64,000 nucleotides of DNA from an uncultured Caulobacteraceae bacterium (GCA_964474575.1 CAYYTA010000104.1:1869-65868); one strand, 5' to 3'. Counted from the first letter of the stretch, positions 1 through 9,859 are shown. Made by a program: numbers and translations. Notes: a model not told the origin generated them from the sequence alone.

Positions 1-3000
1 TATACCGACATGGCGCTGACCACCTATAAGGGCAGCAACGGCCTCGACGTGGTGGTACGCTCGCTGAAGTCGGCCAAGCCGGTCGGCGGGGTCAAGGTCG
101 ACCTGGTCGCCAGTAACGGCGATAACCTGGGTGAAGTGACGACCGGCGTCGACGGCCATGTCAACTTCAACGGCGCCCTGCTCAAGGGCACCGACGCGCT
201 CGAAGCCAAGATGGTCATGGCCTACGGGCCCAACAACGACTATACGGCGGTCGACCTGACGCGCTCGCCGATGGACCTGACCCAGCACGGCGTCGGCGGC
301 CGCGACGACGGCGCCTCGGTGACCGACGGACGCACGGTCAGCAACGGCGTCGACGGCTACGTCTATACCGACCGCGGCATCTATCGTCCCGGCGAGCAGG
401 TCCACCTGGTGGCTCTGGTGCGCGACACCGACGGCAAGGCGATCAAGGACCGCAAGGGCTTCCTGATCGTGTCGCGGCCGTCGGGGATCGAGGCCTTCCG
501 CTTCGGCTTCGACAAGACGCCGATGGGCTATGCCGGCGCCAATATCACCCTGCCCAAGACCGCTCCGCGCGGCCAGTGGACGGCCAAGGTGGTGCTCGAC
601 GGCATCGACGGCGACGCCGGCCATGCCTCGTTCGCGGTCGAGGACTTCGCGCCGCAGCGCCTGGGGGTCGACGTCAAGGCCGACGCCGACAGGCCGCTGC
701 TATCCTTGACCGAACAGCGCCCGGTTCACGTCAATGCGCGCTATCTCTACGGCGCGATTGGCTCCGGTTTGCAGGTCACCGGCGAGGCGCGCATCCGCCA
801 GGACACCAATCCGTTCCCGGCGTTCAAGGACTACCAGTTCGGCGATGAGTCGACGCCCTATGAAGAAAAGTATGTCGATCTGCCGGCGGCGACGACCGAC
901 GGCCAGGGCAATGCCCTGTTCCCGTTCGATGCGTCGCAGGTGGGCGACACGACCCAGCCGCTCAGCGTTCTGGTCACCGCCTCGGTGTTCGAGCCCGGCG
1001 GCCGGCCGGTGCGCGAGAGCCAGACCCTGCACATCCGCTCGGCGCCGGTCTATCTCGGCGTCAAGACCGAGCAGAAGGATGCCAGCAACTGGCGCGACAC
1101 GCCGCAAATTCATTTCAGCCTCATCGGACTGACGCCGCAGGGCCAGAAGACAGCCGTCAAGGGCGTTAAGGTCACGATCATCTCGGAAATCTACGACTAC
1201 GACTGGTACGTCGCCGACGGCAAGTGGAGCTGGCACTCGTCGCACCATGACGTCATCAAGGAAAGCAAGTCCTACGACCTCAACGGCAATACCGGCCTCA
1301 ACTTCGACCGTGGCCTCGACTGGGGCGACTATCGCATCGAGGTCGAGGTGCCGGGCCAGGCCAAGACGGTGGTGCGCTTCTCGTCGGGCTGGGGCTCGCC
1401 GCAGGAAGGCGGCGACGCGCCGGACTTCGTGCGCCTGACCACGGCCAGCCAGACCTACAGCCAGGGCGACACCATCGACCTGACGTTGAAGGGTCCCTAC
1501 AAGGGCGAGGCGCAGATCGCGGTCGCCACCGACCACCTGGTCGACCTGAAGACGGTCAGCGTCGGCGACGGCGGCACGACGGTGCGGCTGAAGTCGACGG
1601 CGGCATGGGGTGGCGGGGCCTATATCCTGGTCAGCGTCATCCAGCCGCGCGATCCGGTCACCGCGTCGAAGCCGCGCCGCGCCGTCGGCCTGATCTACGT
1701 GCCGCTCGATCCCAAGTCGCGCAAGCTTACGGTCAATATGCCGGTCTCCGACGCGCCGCAAAGGCCGAAGGTCGACAGCAACGGCCACGGCTATATCGAC
1801 GTGCCGATCGAGGTGAAGGGGCTGAAACTCGGCGACAAGGCCAAGGTCAGCATCGCCGTGGTCGACCAGGGCATCCTCAACCTGACCAAGTTCCAGAGTC
1901 CCGACCCGGTCGGCTGGTACTTCGGCAAGCGCGCGCTCGGCATCGACTATAACGACGACTACGGCCGCCTGCTCGATCCCAACCTCGGCGCGCCGTCGCC
2001 GATCGAGGTCGGTGGCGACCAGATCGGCGGCGAGGGCCTGACGACGACGCCGATCCGGACCACGGCTTTGTGGTCGGGCGTGGTGACGACCGGCCTCGAC
2101 GGCAAGGCTGTGCTGCACATGCCGCTTGAAAAGTTCAACGGCGAGCTGCGCGTCATGGCGGTGGCGTGGACCGACGATGCGGTCGGCTCCAATGCCCAGC
2201 GCCTGGTGGTGCGCGAGCCGGTAGTGACCGACCTCGCCCTGCCGCGCTTCCTGGCGCCGGGCGACCATGCCCTGGCGACGCTGGAACTCGATAATGTCGA
2301 CGGCGTGTCGGGCGTCTACAAGGCGATCGTCAAGGGCCTGCAAGGCCTGGTCCTGGCCTTCGAGAAGGCGTTCAACCTGAACAAGGGCGACCGCGTCATC
2401 GAGGCGGTGCCGATGAATGCGCCCAACGCCACCGGCATTTCGACGGTCCATGTCGGCCTGTCGGGCCAGGGCTATACCTATAATGACGACTTCCAGATCC
2501 AGACGCGCAACGGCTGGGGTCCCGTCACCCGCGTCGATGTCCAGCCCCAGGGCGTCAACCAGACCTATACGCCCGATCCGGCGCTGCTGGCCGGCTTCCA
2601 GCCGGGCTCGGTGACGGTCGAGGTGTCGTATTCGCCCTATCGCGGCATCGATCCGGGTCCGCTGGCGGCGGCGCTCAGCAAGTACCCCTACGGCTGCACC
2701 GAGCAGGTGACGTCGGCGGCGACGCCGTGGCTCTATGTCTCCGATTCCATGGTCGGCCACGACAACGCCAGGGCGGCGACGTGGGTGCTCAAGCAGGCGG
2801 TCGACAAGATTCTCGACCGCCAGTCGGACGACGGCTCGATCGGGCTGTGGCGCGCCGGCGACGGCGAGGCCGACGGCTTCATCGGCGCCTACGCCACCGA
2901 CTTCCTGCTGGAAGCGCGCGCCCACGGCGCCTACGTGCCGCAGGACGCCATCGACAAGGCGCTGAACGCCATGCGCGAGGTCGCCAAGCCGGGCGACTAC

Positions 3001-4098
3001 ACCTCGATCGGCTATCAGCTCGAGGCGCCGTCGTGGTGGGGGTGGAAGGGCATCACCGCCGATACCCTGACCTCGCAGATCCGTTCGCGCAGCCAGGCTT
3101 ACGCGCTCTATGTGCTGGCCAAGGCTCACTCGGGCGACCTGGCGCGGCTGCGCTGGTACCACGACGTCCAGTTCAAGAGTGAACAGTCGCCGCTGGCCCG
3201 GGCGCAGGTCGCCGCCGCGCTCGACATGATGGGTGACCGCGCCCGCGCCCGCCAGGCGTTCCGGGAGGCGATCCAGACGCTCGGCTACCAGGATAACTGG
3301 GACTGGTACCAGTCGCCGCTGCGCGACCTGGCCGGGGTCATCGCCCTGGCCTACGAGGCCGGCGAGACCGATATCGCCCAGTCCCTGACCGGACGGCTGG
3401 AAAACGCCATGAAGAGCCCTGCCCAGCTCAACACCATCGAGGAGGCGTACATCCTGCGCGCCGCTTCGTACATGCTGAAGGCGGCCGGTCCGACCAGGAT
3501 CGACGCTCAGGGCGTGGGCACGCTGCCCGGCGGCATGAACGTCAGCCGCTACAGCGTGACGCAGCTGGCCGCCGCCCACCTGACCAACCGCGGCTCGGGC
3601 GCGATCTGGCGGACGGTGACGGTGATCGGCACGCCGATGGCCGCGCCCGGCGGCATGAGCCAGGGCCTGGCGCTCAGCAAGACCTTCTACAATCTCGACG
3701 GTTCGATCCTCGACCCGAGCCACATCACCCAGGGCCAGAAGGTGCTGGTGGTGATTTCGGGCACGTCGGCGCGGGCGGAGGTGCGGCCGATCGTGGTCGA
3801 CGATCCGTTGCCGGCCGGCTTCGAGATCGAGTCGACCCTGACCAGCGAGGACGCCCAGAACGGGCCGTTCAAGTTCGTCGGCGAGCTTACCGACACCAAG
3901 GTGCAGGAGGCGCGCGACGACCGCTATGTGGCGGCGCTCGACGTGTCGTCGCAAAAGGCCTTCAAGATGGCGTATATCGCGCGGGCGGTGACCCAGGGCG
4001 ACTTCTACCTGCCGGGGGCCGAGGTCAAGGACTTCTACCGCGCCGACATGTACGGCCGCACCCAGGGCGGACGGACGACGATCGTGGCCAGGCAGTAG
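1..4098 (+). CDS. alpha-2-macroglobulin family protein (bacterial A2M, YfhM-like); N-terminus lies upstream of the window
   Basis: The frame is open from nt 1 with no stop before the ATG at 10. 1362 aa are visible. Thioester motif C-T-E-Q occurs in YPYGCTEQ (nt 2695-2706). pbpC follows, as in the known A2M/PBP1C pairing. Confidence 0.9.
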   Translation, partial: YTDMALTTYKGSNGLDVVVRSLKSAKPVGGVKVDLVASNGDNLGEVTTGVDGHVNFNGALLKGTDALEAKMVMAYGPNNDYTAVDLTRSPMDLTQHGVGGRDDGASVTDGRTVSNGVDGYVYTDRGIYRPGEQVHLVALVRDTDGKAIKDRKGFLIVSRPSGIEAFRFGFDKTPMGYAGANITLPKTAPRGQWTAKVVLDGIDGDAGHASFAVEDFAPQRLGVDVKADADRPLLSLTEQRPVHVNARYLYGAIGSGLQVTGEARIRQDTNPFPAFKDYQFGDESTPYEEKYVDLPAATTDGQGNALFPFDASQVGDTTQPLSVLVTASVFEPGGRPVRESQTLHIRSAPVYLGVKTEQKDASNWRDTPQIHFSLIGLTPQGQKTAVKGVKVTIISEIYDYDWYVADGKWSWHSSHHDVIKESKSYDLNGNTGLNFDRGLDWGDYRIEVEVPGQAKTVVRFSSGWGSPQEGGDAPDFVRLTTASQTYSQGDTIDLTLKGPYKGEAQIAVATDHLVDLKTVSVGDGGTTVRLKSTAAWGGGAYILVSVIQPRDPVTASKPRRAVGLIYVPLDPKSRKLTVNMPVSDAPQRPKVDSNGHGYIDVPIEVKGLKLGDKAKVSIAVVDQGILNLTKFQSPDPVGWYFGKRALGIDYNDDYGRLLDPNLGAPSPIEVGGDQIGGEGLTTTPIRTTALWSGVVTTGLDGKAVLHMPLEKFNGELRVMAVAWTDDAVGSNAQRLVVREPVVTDLALPRFLAPGDHALATLELDNVDGVSGVYKAIVKGLQGLVLAFEKAFNLNKGDRVIEAVPMNAPNATGISTVHVGLSGQGYTYNDDFQIQTRNGWGPVTRVDVQPQGVNQTYTPDPALLAGFQPGSVTVEVSYSPYRGIDPGPLAAALSKYPYGCTEQVTSAATPWLYVSDSMVGHDNARAATWVLKQAVDKILDRQSDDGSIGLWRAGDGEADGFIGAYATDFLLEARAHGAYVPQDAIDKALNAMREVAKPGDYTSIGYQLEAPSWWGWKGITADTLTSQIRSRSQAYALYVLAKAHSGDLARLRWYHDVQFKSEQSPLARAQVAAALDMMGDRARARQAFREAIQTLGYQDNWDWYQSPLRDLAGVIALAYEAGETDIAQSLTGRLENAMKSPAQLNTIEEAYILRAASYMLKAAGPTRIDAQGVGTLPGGMNVSRYSVTQLAAAHLTNRGSGAIWRTVTVIGTPMAAPGGMSQGLALSKTFYNLDGSILDPSHITQGQKVLVVISGTSARAEVRPIVVDDPLPAGFEIESTLTSEDAQNGPFKFVGELTDTKVQEARDDRYVAALDVSSQKAFKMAYIARAVTQGDFYLPGAEVKDFYRADMYGRTQGGRTTIVARQ

Positions 4099-4172
4099 TC
4101 ATGGGCCGAAGCCCGGAGAACTATGAACGTCGTGGGCCAAGGTTTCAAAGACTTTGGCCCACCGGTTCGTAC

Positions 4173-4358
4173 ATGCCGGCAAACATCTCAACGTGGCTGA
4201 TAACGCTGGGTCTCATCGCCATATGTGCCGGTTTTGTCATTGCCGCACAGAGGTTCGGTCAGACCGGCCATCACATTATTTCGTGGCTGTGCCGGGGTGG
4301 TGCAGCGTCCGTTGCCGTGGGGTTGTTTGTCGTTGCGGAGCGAAACTCCGTCCGTTGA
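4173..4358 (+). CDS. possible small two-TM membrane protein (61 aa) between A2M and pbpC
   Basis: Internal ATG of ORF 4101..4358 gives MPANISTWLITLGLIAICAGFVIAAQ...VAVGLFVVAE, with two hydrophobic helices. The Shine-Dalgarno is weak and no family was recognised. Confidence 0.3.
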   Translation: MPANISTWLITLGLIAICAGFVIAAQRFGQTGHHIISWLCRGGAASVAVGLFVVAERNSVR

Positions 4359-4369
4359 GTCCTCAATTT

Positions 4370-4504
4370 CACTTCTCCCCTTTCAAGGGGAGAAGGTGGC
4401 GCGAAGCGCCGGATGAGGGGATGATACGGCGCTGAAGACCCCCTCAGCCCTTACGCCTTCGTTTCACTCGGCTCTCGTCCTCTCCCCTTGAAAGGGGAGA
4501 GGTG
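4370..4504. repeat. mosaic hairpin repeat, family A (CTCCCC-N-GGGGAG hairpins flanking a conserved core)
   Basis: CACTTCTCCCCTTTCAAGGGGAGAAGGTG ... GATGAGGGG..CCCCTCA ... TTTCACT ... CTCTCCCCTTGAAAGGGGAGAGGTG. The same architecture recurs at 11455-11680, 17529-17672, 27953-28154, about 37905-37940 and 40541-40679. Confidence 0.85.
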
Positions 4505-4519
4505 AAGTAAAATCAAGTT

Positions 4520-6619
4520 ATGCCCAAGTTTCCTTCTCCCGACCGCCTGATCCGCCCGCTGGTCAAGAGCCTGATCGGCCTGCTGGCGTTCCAGGCCGTG
4601 CTGGCGGCGGTCAATGTCGCCCTGCCACCCGACATGACCAAGGCCGAGCGATCGTCAGCGGTGGCGCTTGACCATAACGGGGTATGGCTGCGCGCCCTGC
4701 CGGTCGAGGACGGGCTGTGGCGCATCCGCGCCGACCTTTCCCGCACCGACCCGACCTTCGTCCGGCACCTGCTGAAGGTCGAGGACGAGCGCTACTATCT
4801 CCACCCTGGGGTCGACGCGACCGCCGTGGTGCGGGCGCTGCTGTCGAACATCCACATGGGCCACATTGTATCGGGCGGTTCGACCATCACCATGCAGACA
4901 GCAAGGCTCCTGACCCCGCACCCGCGTGACTACGGCAACAAGGCGATCGAGGCCCTGCGCGCCCTGCAACTGGAGCTGCGCTATTCCAAGCGCGATATCC
5001 TGTCGATCTACCTGACCCTCGCCCCCTATGGCGGCAATCTCGAAGGCGTGCGCGCGGCGTCGCTCTCCTATTTCGGCCATGAGCCGTCGTCGCTGACGCT
5101 TGGCGAACAGGCGATGCTGATCTCCCTGCCCCAGGCGCCGGAAGCGCGCCGTCCCGACCGGCACCCGAAAGCGGCCCGGGCGGCGCGCGACCTGATCCTG
5201 GAACGCATGGCTGGCGACGGGACCATCGGCCATGTCCAGGCGCAGGAGGCGATGACCGAGCCCTTGCCGGCGGCGCGCCAGCCTTTCCCGGCCCTGGCGT
5301 GGCAGACCGCGGGGCGTCTTGCCGGCGAGGCGAAGGGATTACAGGCGACGGTGATGACCACGCTTGACGCCAACCTGCAGACGCGGCTGGAAGCCATGGC
5401 GGCGGCGACGGCCAAGGACCAGGGGCCTAACACCTCGGTCGCCATCATGGTCATCGACCTCAGGACGCGCGATGTCCGCGCCAGCGTCGGCTCCGCCGGG
5501 CTCGACCGGGCGGGCGGCTGGGTCGACATGACGCTGCGCCTGCGCTCGCCGGGCTCATCGCTCAAGCCGTTCATCTACGGTTTCGCCTTCGAGGACGGGC
5601 TGGTGGCACCCGATACGCGGCTGATGGACGCGCCGACGCGGTTCGGCGACTACCAGCCCGAGGATTTCGACCGCGTCTTCCACGGCGAGGTCTCGGTCCG
5701 GGAGGCGCTGATCAACTCGCTCAACGTGCCGGCGGTGGCGGTGCTCGACAAGGTCGGGCCGGCGACCTTCCAGGGGCGGCTGGCGGCGGTGGGGGTTAAC
5801 CTGGTGGTGCCGAAGTCGGGCCTCAACGAGTCAGGGCTAGCCCTGGCCCTGGGCGGCGAGGGCATCCGCTTGAACGACCTGGCCCTGCTCTATGCGGCCT
5901 TGGGCGACCACGGCCTGGCCAAGCCGCTGGCCTATACGCTCGACGACGAGGCGGCCAACGGGCGTTCGCCCGGCCATCGCCTGATGCGCGCCGAGGCGGC
6001 CGACAAGATCATCCAGATCCTGCGCGAGACGCCGCCGCCGGAAGGCCGCCTGCCGGGACCCTTGATGCGCAACGCCAACCGGCCGGCGTTCAAGACCGGC
6101 ACCTCCTACGGCTACCGCGACGCCATTGCCGTGGGTGTGGCCGGCGGTTATGCGGTGATGGTGTGGACCGGGCGGCCGGACGGCGGGGCGCGGGCCGACC
6201 AGACCGGGCGCGAGGCGGCCGCGCCGCTGCTGTTCGATGTGTTCGACACCTTGCAGGCCCCTTCGCAGATTCCGCAAGCCATCGCGCCGAAGAACGCGCC
6301 GAGGGCCTTGCAGACCCTGAACACACCGGAGACGAAGGCGTCGATCCTGTTCCCGCCGTCAGGCGCCACGGTCTATGTCGAAAGCTCAGGGACCGACAAG
6401 GCGGGCGAACTGAAGCTGGTCCGGCCGCTGAAGCTGTCGGCGCGGGCGCTCAGGCCGGTCAGCTGGTACGTCGACGGCGAGCCGCTGCACTATGACGAGA
6501 CGGGCGATTTTTCCTGGTATCCCAAGACCGAGGGCTTCTATGACCTGACCCTGATCGACGCGAAAGGAAACCAGGCCAGGAGCCGTGTCCGCGTGGTGGC
6601 GATCGACGGCCGGCCTTAA
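4520..6619 (+). CDS. pbpC: penicillin-binding protein 1C (bifunctional glycosyltransferase/transpeptidase)
   Basis: GT51 motifs EDERYYLHPGVD and GGSTITMQ. Transpeptidase motifs SLKP (SxxK), SLN and KTGTS. 699 aa, located directly downstream of A2M. Confidence 0.9.
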   Translation: MPKFPSPDRLIRPLVKSLIGLLAFQAVLAAVNVALPPDMTKAERSSAVALDHNGVWLRALPVEDGLWRIRADLSRTDPTFVRHLLKVEDERYYLHPGVDATAVVRALLSNIHMGHIVSGGSTITMQTARLLTPHPRDYGNKAIEALRALQLELRYSKRDILSIYLTLAPYGGNLEGVRAASLSYFGHEPSSLTLGEQAMLISLPQAPEARRPDRHPKAARAARDLILERMAGDGTIGHVQAQEAMTEPLPAARQPFPALAWQTAGRLAGEAKGLQATVMTTLDANLQTRLEAMAAATAKDQGPNTSVAIMVIDLRTRDVRASVGSAGLDRAGGWVDMTLRLRSPGSSLKPFIYGFAFEDGLVAPDTRLMDAPTRFGDYQPEDFDRVFHGEVSVREALINSLNVPAVAVLDKVGPATFQGRLAAVGVNLVVPKSGLNESGLALALGGEGIRLNDLALLYAALGDHGLAKPLAYTLDDEAANGRSPGHRLMRAEAADKIIQILRETPPPEGRLPGPLMRNANRPAFKTGTSYGYRDAIAVGVAGGYAVMVWTGRPDGGARADQTGREAAAPLLFDVFDTLQAPSQIPQAIAPKNAPRALQTLNTPETKASILFPPSGATVYVESSGTDKAGELKLVRPLKLSARALRPVSWYVDGEPLHYDETGDFSWYPKTEGFYDLTLIDAKGNQARSRVRVVAIDGRP

Positions 6620-6734
6620 GGCCACACCAACCATGCTTGTCGCGCCAAAGGATTTGAGCCCACGGATGAACACAGATTAGCACAGATTATTCCAAGCAAA
6701 TTCCACGCACTGTGCATAACCGGTATTAAAAAAT

Positions 6735-6749
6735 GACCGCTTCGCGGTC
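6735..6749 (-). terminator. short intrinsic-terminator-like hairpin downstream of the MFS gene
   Basis: GACCGC-TTC-GCGGTC is followed on the minus strand by ATTTTTTAAT. The stem is only 6 bp. Confidence 0.4.
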
Positions 6750-6807
6750 GAAGCTTGCTTTCGTCAGCACCAGCGAGGTCACAGGTTTGGACGTAATCTG
6801 TGCTAGA

Positions 6808-6908
6808 GCGCATCCCGAAAAGTGTGACGCACTTTTCGGATTAAGATGCGCGTAAAAACAAATAATTAGAGCAATTTCCCGAGTCAACTTGACCGGGAAA
6901 TGCTCTAA
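6808..6908. repeat. two-hairpin intergenic repeat, family B
   Basis: GCGCATCCCGAAAAGTG-TGACG-CACTTTTCGGATTAAGATGCGC, then GTAAAAACAAATAA, then TTAGAGCAATTTCCCGAG..CCGGGAAATGCTCTAA. A second copy lies at 26047-26267. Confidence 0.85.
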
Positions 6909-6932
6909 TCTGTGTCATCTGTGGGGAAACCT

Positions 6933-8585
6933 TTAATATTCGATCGCGTGCAGGTCGCGGCCCCTGGTTTCCTTCATGAAGACCAGGGCGACAAGCACGG
7001 CAAGGATGCCGGTGATCACCGGGTACCACAGGCCGAAATAGATGTCGCCGGTCGCCGCCACCATGGCGAAGGACAAGGCCGGCTGGATGCCGCCGAACCA
7101 GCCGGTGCCGATGTTGTAGGGGATGGAAAGCGCCGTATAGCGCACGCGGGTCGGGAACATTTCGACCAGGGCCGAGGCCATGGGGCCATAAAGCGCGGTG
7201 CAGGCTATGGCCAGCACGCATAGAACAGCGAACATCGGCCACAGTTGCGCCTTCGCCGGATCGGCCTTGTCGGGATAGCCGGCGGCCTTCAACGCTGCCT
7301 TGACGTCGCCGGTCGTCTTGGCGGTCAGCGCTTTCAGTCCGGCCTTGTCGAGGCCTTGGGCCGAGCCGACGGCGATCTGCTGGCCGCCGACGGCGATGGT
7401 GGCCGGCGAGCCGGCGGGGGCGGGCTTTTCGACATAGGGCACGCCGATATTGGTGACCACGCTGCGCGCCAGGTCGCAGGCCGAGCTATAGGTGGCGGTG
7501 CCGAACAGGTTGAACTGAAAGGTGCACTGCGCCGGATCGGCGACGACGGCGACGGGTGAGGCCCTGGACGCCGCTTCGAGGTCCGGATTGCCGTATTTGA
7601 CGAGCATGTGATAGCCGGGGAACAGGGTGGCGCAGGCCAGCACGATGCCGGCCAGCATGACCGGCTTGCGGCCGATCATGTCCGACAGGCGGGCAAAGGT
7701 GATGTAGAAGAAGGCCGAGACGATGGTCATGCCGATGACCAGCAGGTGGGTCTGGTCGTCGCTGAGCCTGACCAGCTTGGTCAGGAACACCTGGGTGTAG
7801 AAGAAGCAGGTATACCAGATCACGCCCTGGGCGGTCATGAAGCTGAACAGGGCGATCAGCATGGTCTTCAGGTTGTTCCAGTTGCTGAACACCTCGCCGA
7901 GCGGCGATTTCGACACCTTGCCGGCGGCTTCCAGCGCCTTGAAGGCCGGGCTTTCGGCGGTGCGGGCGCGGACATAGACGGTGACGATGAGCAGGCCCGC
8001 CGACACCCAGAACGGGATGCGCCAGCCCCAGGCGGCAAACGCCGCCTCCCCCAGCTTCTGTTCGGTGACGATGACGACGAGCAAGGCGGCGATCAGGCCG
8101 AAGGCGGCCGAGGTCTGGATCCAGCCGGTATAGCCGCCGCGCTTGTCGGCGGGGGCGTGTTCGGCGACATAGATCGCCGCGCCGCCATATTCACCGCCGA
8201 GCGCAAAGCCCTGGATGACGCGCAAGGCGACCAGCAGCAAGGGCGCGGCATTGCCAATCTGGGCATAGGTCGGCAGGCAGCCGATGGCGATGGTGGCGAC
8301 GCCCATGACCAGGATGGTCCAGAGGAACGTGCCCTTGCGCCCGGCCTTGTCGCCGATATGGCCGAAGACCAGCGCGCCGATCGGACGCGCGATCAGGCCG
8401 ACAGCGAAAGTCGACAAGGTCAGTATGGTGCCGAGCGTGCCGGAGACGCCGGCGAAGAAGGTCTTGGTGATGATGGCGGTCAGGGTGCCGAAGATGAAGA
8501 AGTCGTACCATTCGAAGGTAGTGCCGGCGGCCGAGGCCGCCACGATGGTCTTCAGGCCCTTCGCCGGCTTGCTGTCTTCGGCCAT
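6933..8585 (-). CDS. MFS transporter, metabolite:H+ symporter (MHS/ProP-KgtP-like) with a large inserted soluble loop
   Basis: N-terminal signature GTTFEWYDFFIFG and multiple TM helices. An insert of about 120 aa with no hydrophobic helix (GNPDLEAASR...DKADPAKAQ) lies between late TM helices. Confidence 0.85.
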   Translation of the reverse strand: MAEDSKPAKGLKTIVAASAAGTTFEWYDFFIFGTLTAIITKTFFAGVSGTLGTILTLSTFAVGLIARPIGALVFGHIGDKAGRKGTFLWTILVMGVATIAIGCLPTYAQIGNAAPLLLVALRVIQGFALGGEYGGAAIYVAEHAPADKRGGYTGWIQTSAAFGLIAALLVVIVTEQKLGEAAFAAWGWRIPFWVSAGLLIVTVYVRARTAESPAFKALEAAGKVSKSPLGEVFSNWNNLKTMLIALFSFMTAQGVIWYTCFFYTQVFLTKLVRLSDDQTHLLVIGMTIVSAFFYITFARLSDMIGRKPVMLAGIVLACATLFPGYHMLVKYGNPDLEAASRASPVAVVADPAQCTFQFNLFGTATYSSACDLARSVVTNIGVPYVEKPAPAGSPATIAVGGQQIAVGSAQGLDKAGLKALTAKTTGDVKAALKAAGYPDKADPAKAQLWPMFAVLCVLAIACTALYGPMASALVEMFPTRVRYTALSIPYNIGTGWFGGIQPALSFAMVAATGDIYFGLWYPVITGILAVLVALVFMKETRGRDLHAIEY

Positions 8586-8729
8586 GTCTTGATCCCCTGT
8601 TCGCCCGCCGTTTCCCGGCGTTTAAGCCTGATGGTGTGACGCAAAGCGCCGTCAATGACAAGGCCCCCGCTGGTCAGCACCTTATTTTGCGGTTAAGGTG
8701 GCGTTAACACATAAGTCCAGGGGGTCGCG

Positions 8730-8948
8730 ATGAGCAGCAATGAGGGTCTGAGTTCCTATGCGCGGGTCAGCCGCGTCCGTCCGCTGCACCTGCTGATCAC
8801 GGTGGTCGAGGGGCTTCTGGGGCTGCTGGGTGTTGTCGTGCTGATCCTGGTCCTGCGTTACGGCTCGTTCGAGAAGGCCGGCCTGTGTCTTGACCAGTCG
8901 ATCGCCGGCGCCGTTTCCTACATCACCAAGCTGATTCATCACGCTTAG
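8730..8948 (+). CDS. small hypothetical membrane protein (72 aa)
   Basis: ATG is preceded by AGGGGG at a suitable spacing. One hydrophobic helix (LLITVVEGLLGLLGVVVLILVL), and the third codon position is GC-rich. Confidence 0.4.
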   Translation: MSSNEGLSSYARVSRVRPLHLLITVVEGLLGLLGVVVLILVLRYGSFEKAGLCLDQSIAGAVSYITKLIHHA

Positions 8949-9859
8949 GCCGCGTTCGACTGGGCGATATAGGCGTCGAGCAGGGTCGTCACCCAGTCCA
9001 TGAAGGCGCGCACCCGGCGCGCCGGATTGCGCCTTTGCGGATAGACCAGCGCCACCGGCATCGGCTCGGCGGTCAGGTGCGGCAGGACCTCGACCAGGGC
9101 CCCGGCGCGGACGTGGTCGAGCAGGCCGATGCGCGGCGACTGGATGATGCCCAGGCCCGCCACCACCGCGCTGTGATAGGACAGGGTGTTGTCGACACAG
9201 ACCTGGCCCGGCATGCGGTAGCAACGGTAAGCCTGGCCGTCGAAATATTCGAAGCCGTCGGGCTTGTTGCCCAACTGGCTGACATAGTGGACCAGGCGGT
9301 GGTGGTCGAGATCCTGGAGGGTTTCGGGCGTGCCGAAGCGCTGGATATAGGCCGGGCTGGCGATATTGGCCATGTGCAGAACGCCGAGCGGCCGGGCGAT
9401 CAGGCCGGAATCGGCCCTGTGGCCTACACGAATGACGCAGTCGAAGCCTTCCGCCACCACGTCCACCCGCCGGTCGGTGCATGACAATTCGATATCGAGG
9501 CCCGGATGCCGGGCCAGGAACTGCGGCAGGCGCGGGATGATCAGGTTGCGCGCCATGTGCACCGGCATGTCGATGCGCAGGCGGCCGTCCAGGCCCGCCG
9601 GCGCGGTCTGGAACATGGTGTCGATGTCCTCGACATCGGCCAGGATATCCTTGGCGCGCTCGTAAAACGCCTGGCCGTCGTGGGTCAGCTGCACCCGCCG
9701 GGTGGTGCGGTAAAGCAGCTGGGTTTTCAGATGGTTTTCGAGCTGCTGCACGGCGGTCGACACGGTCGATTTCGGCAGGCCCAGGCTTTCGGCGGCGGCG
9801 GTGAAGCTTTGCAGCTCGGCCACCCGGATGAAGGCCTGCATGGCGTCGAAGCGGTTCAT
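8945..9859 (-). CDS. LysR-family transcriptional regulator
   Basis: N-terminal wHTH MNRFDAMQAFIRVAELQSFTAAAESLGLPKSTVSTAVQQLE. 304 aa, divergent from the SDR gene. Confidence 0.9.
   Translation of the reverse strand: MNRFDAMQAFIRVAELQSFTAAAESLGLPKSTVSTAVQQLENHLKTQLLYRTTRRVQLTHDGQAFYERAKDILADVEDIDTMFQTAPAGLDGRLRIDMPVHMARNLIIPRLPQFLARHPGLDIELSCTDRRVDVVAEGFDCVIRVGHRADSGLIARPLGVLHMANIASPAYIQRFGTPETLQDLDHHRLVHYVSQLGNKPDGFEYFDGQAYRCYRMPGQVCVDNTLSYHSAVVAGLGIIQSPRIGLLDHVRAGALVEVLPHLTAEPMPVALVYPQRRNPARRVRAFMDWVTTLLDAYIAQSNAA

Noticed and set aside
700-3954. 1084-aa minus-strand ORF spanning most of the A2M gene
   Set aside because: It is an Arg/Ala/Gly/Asp-rich shadow ORF antisense to a gene with clear A2M motifs. 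Such long antisense frames are expected in high-GC DNA.
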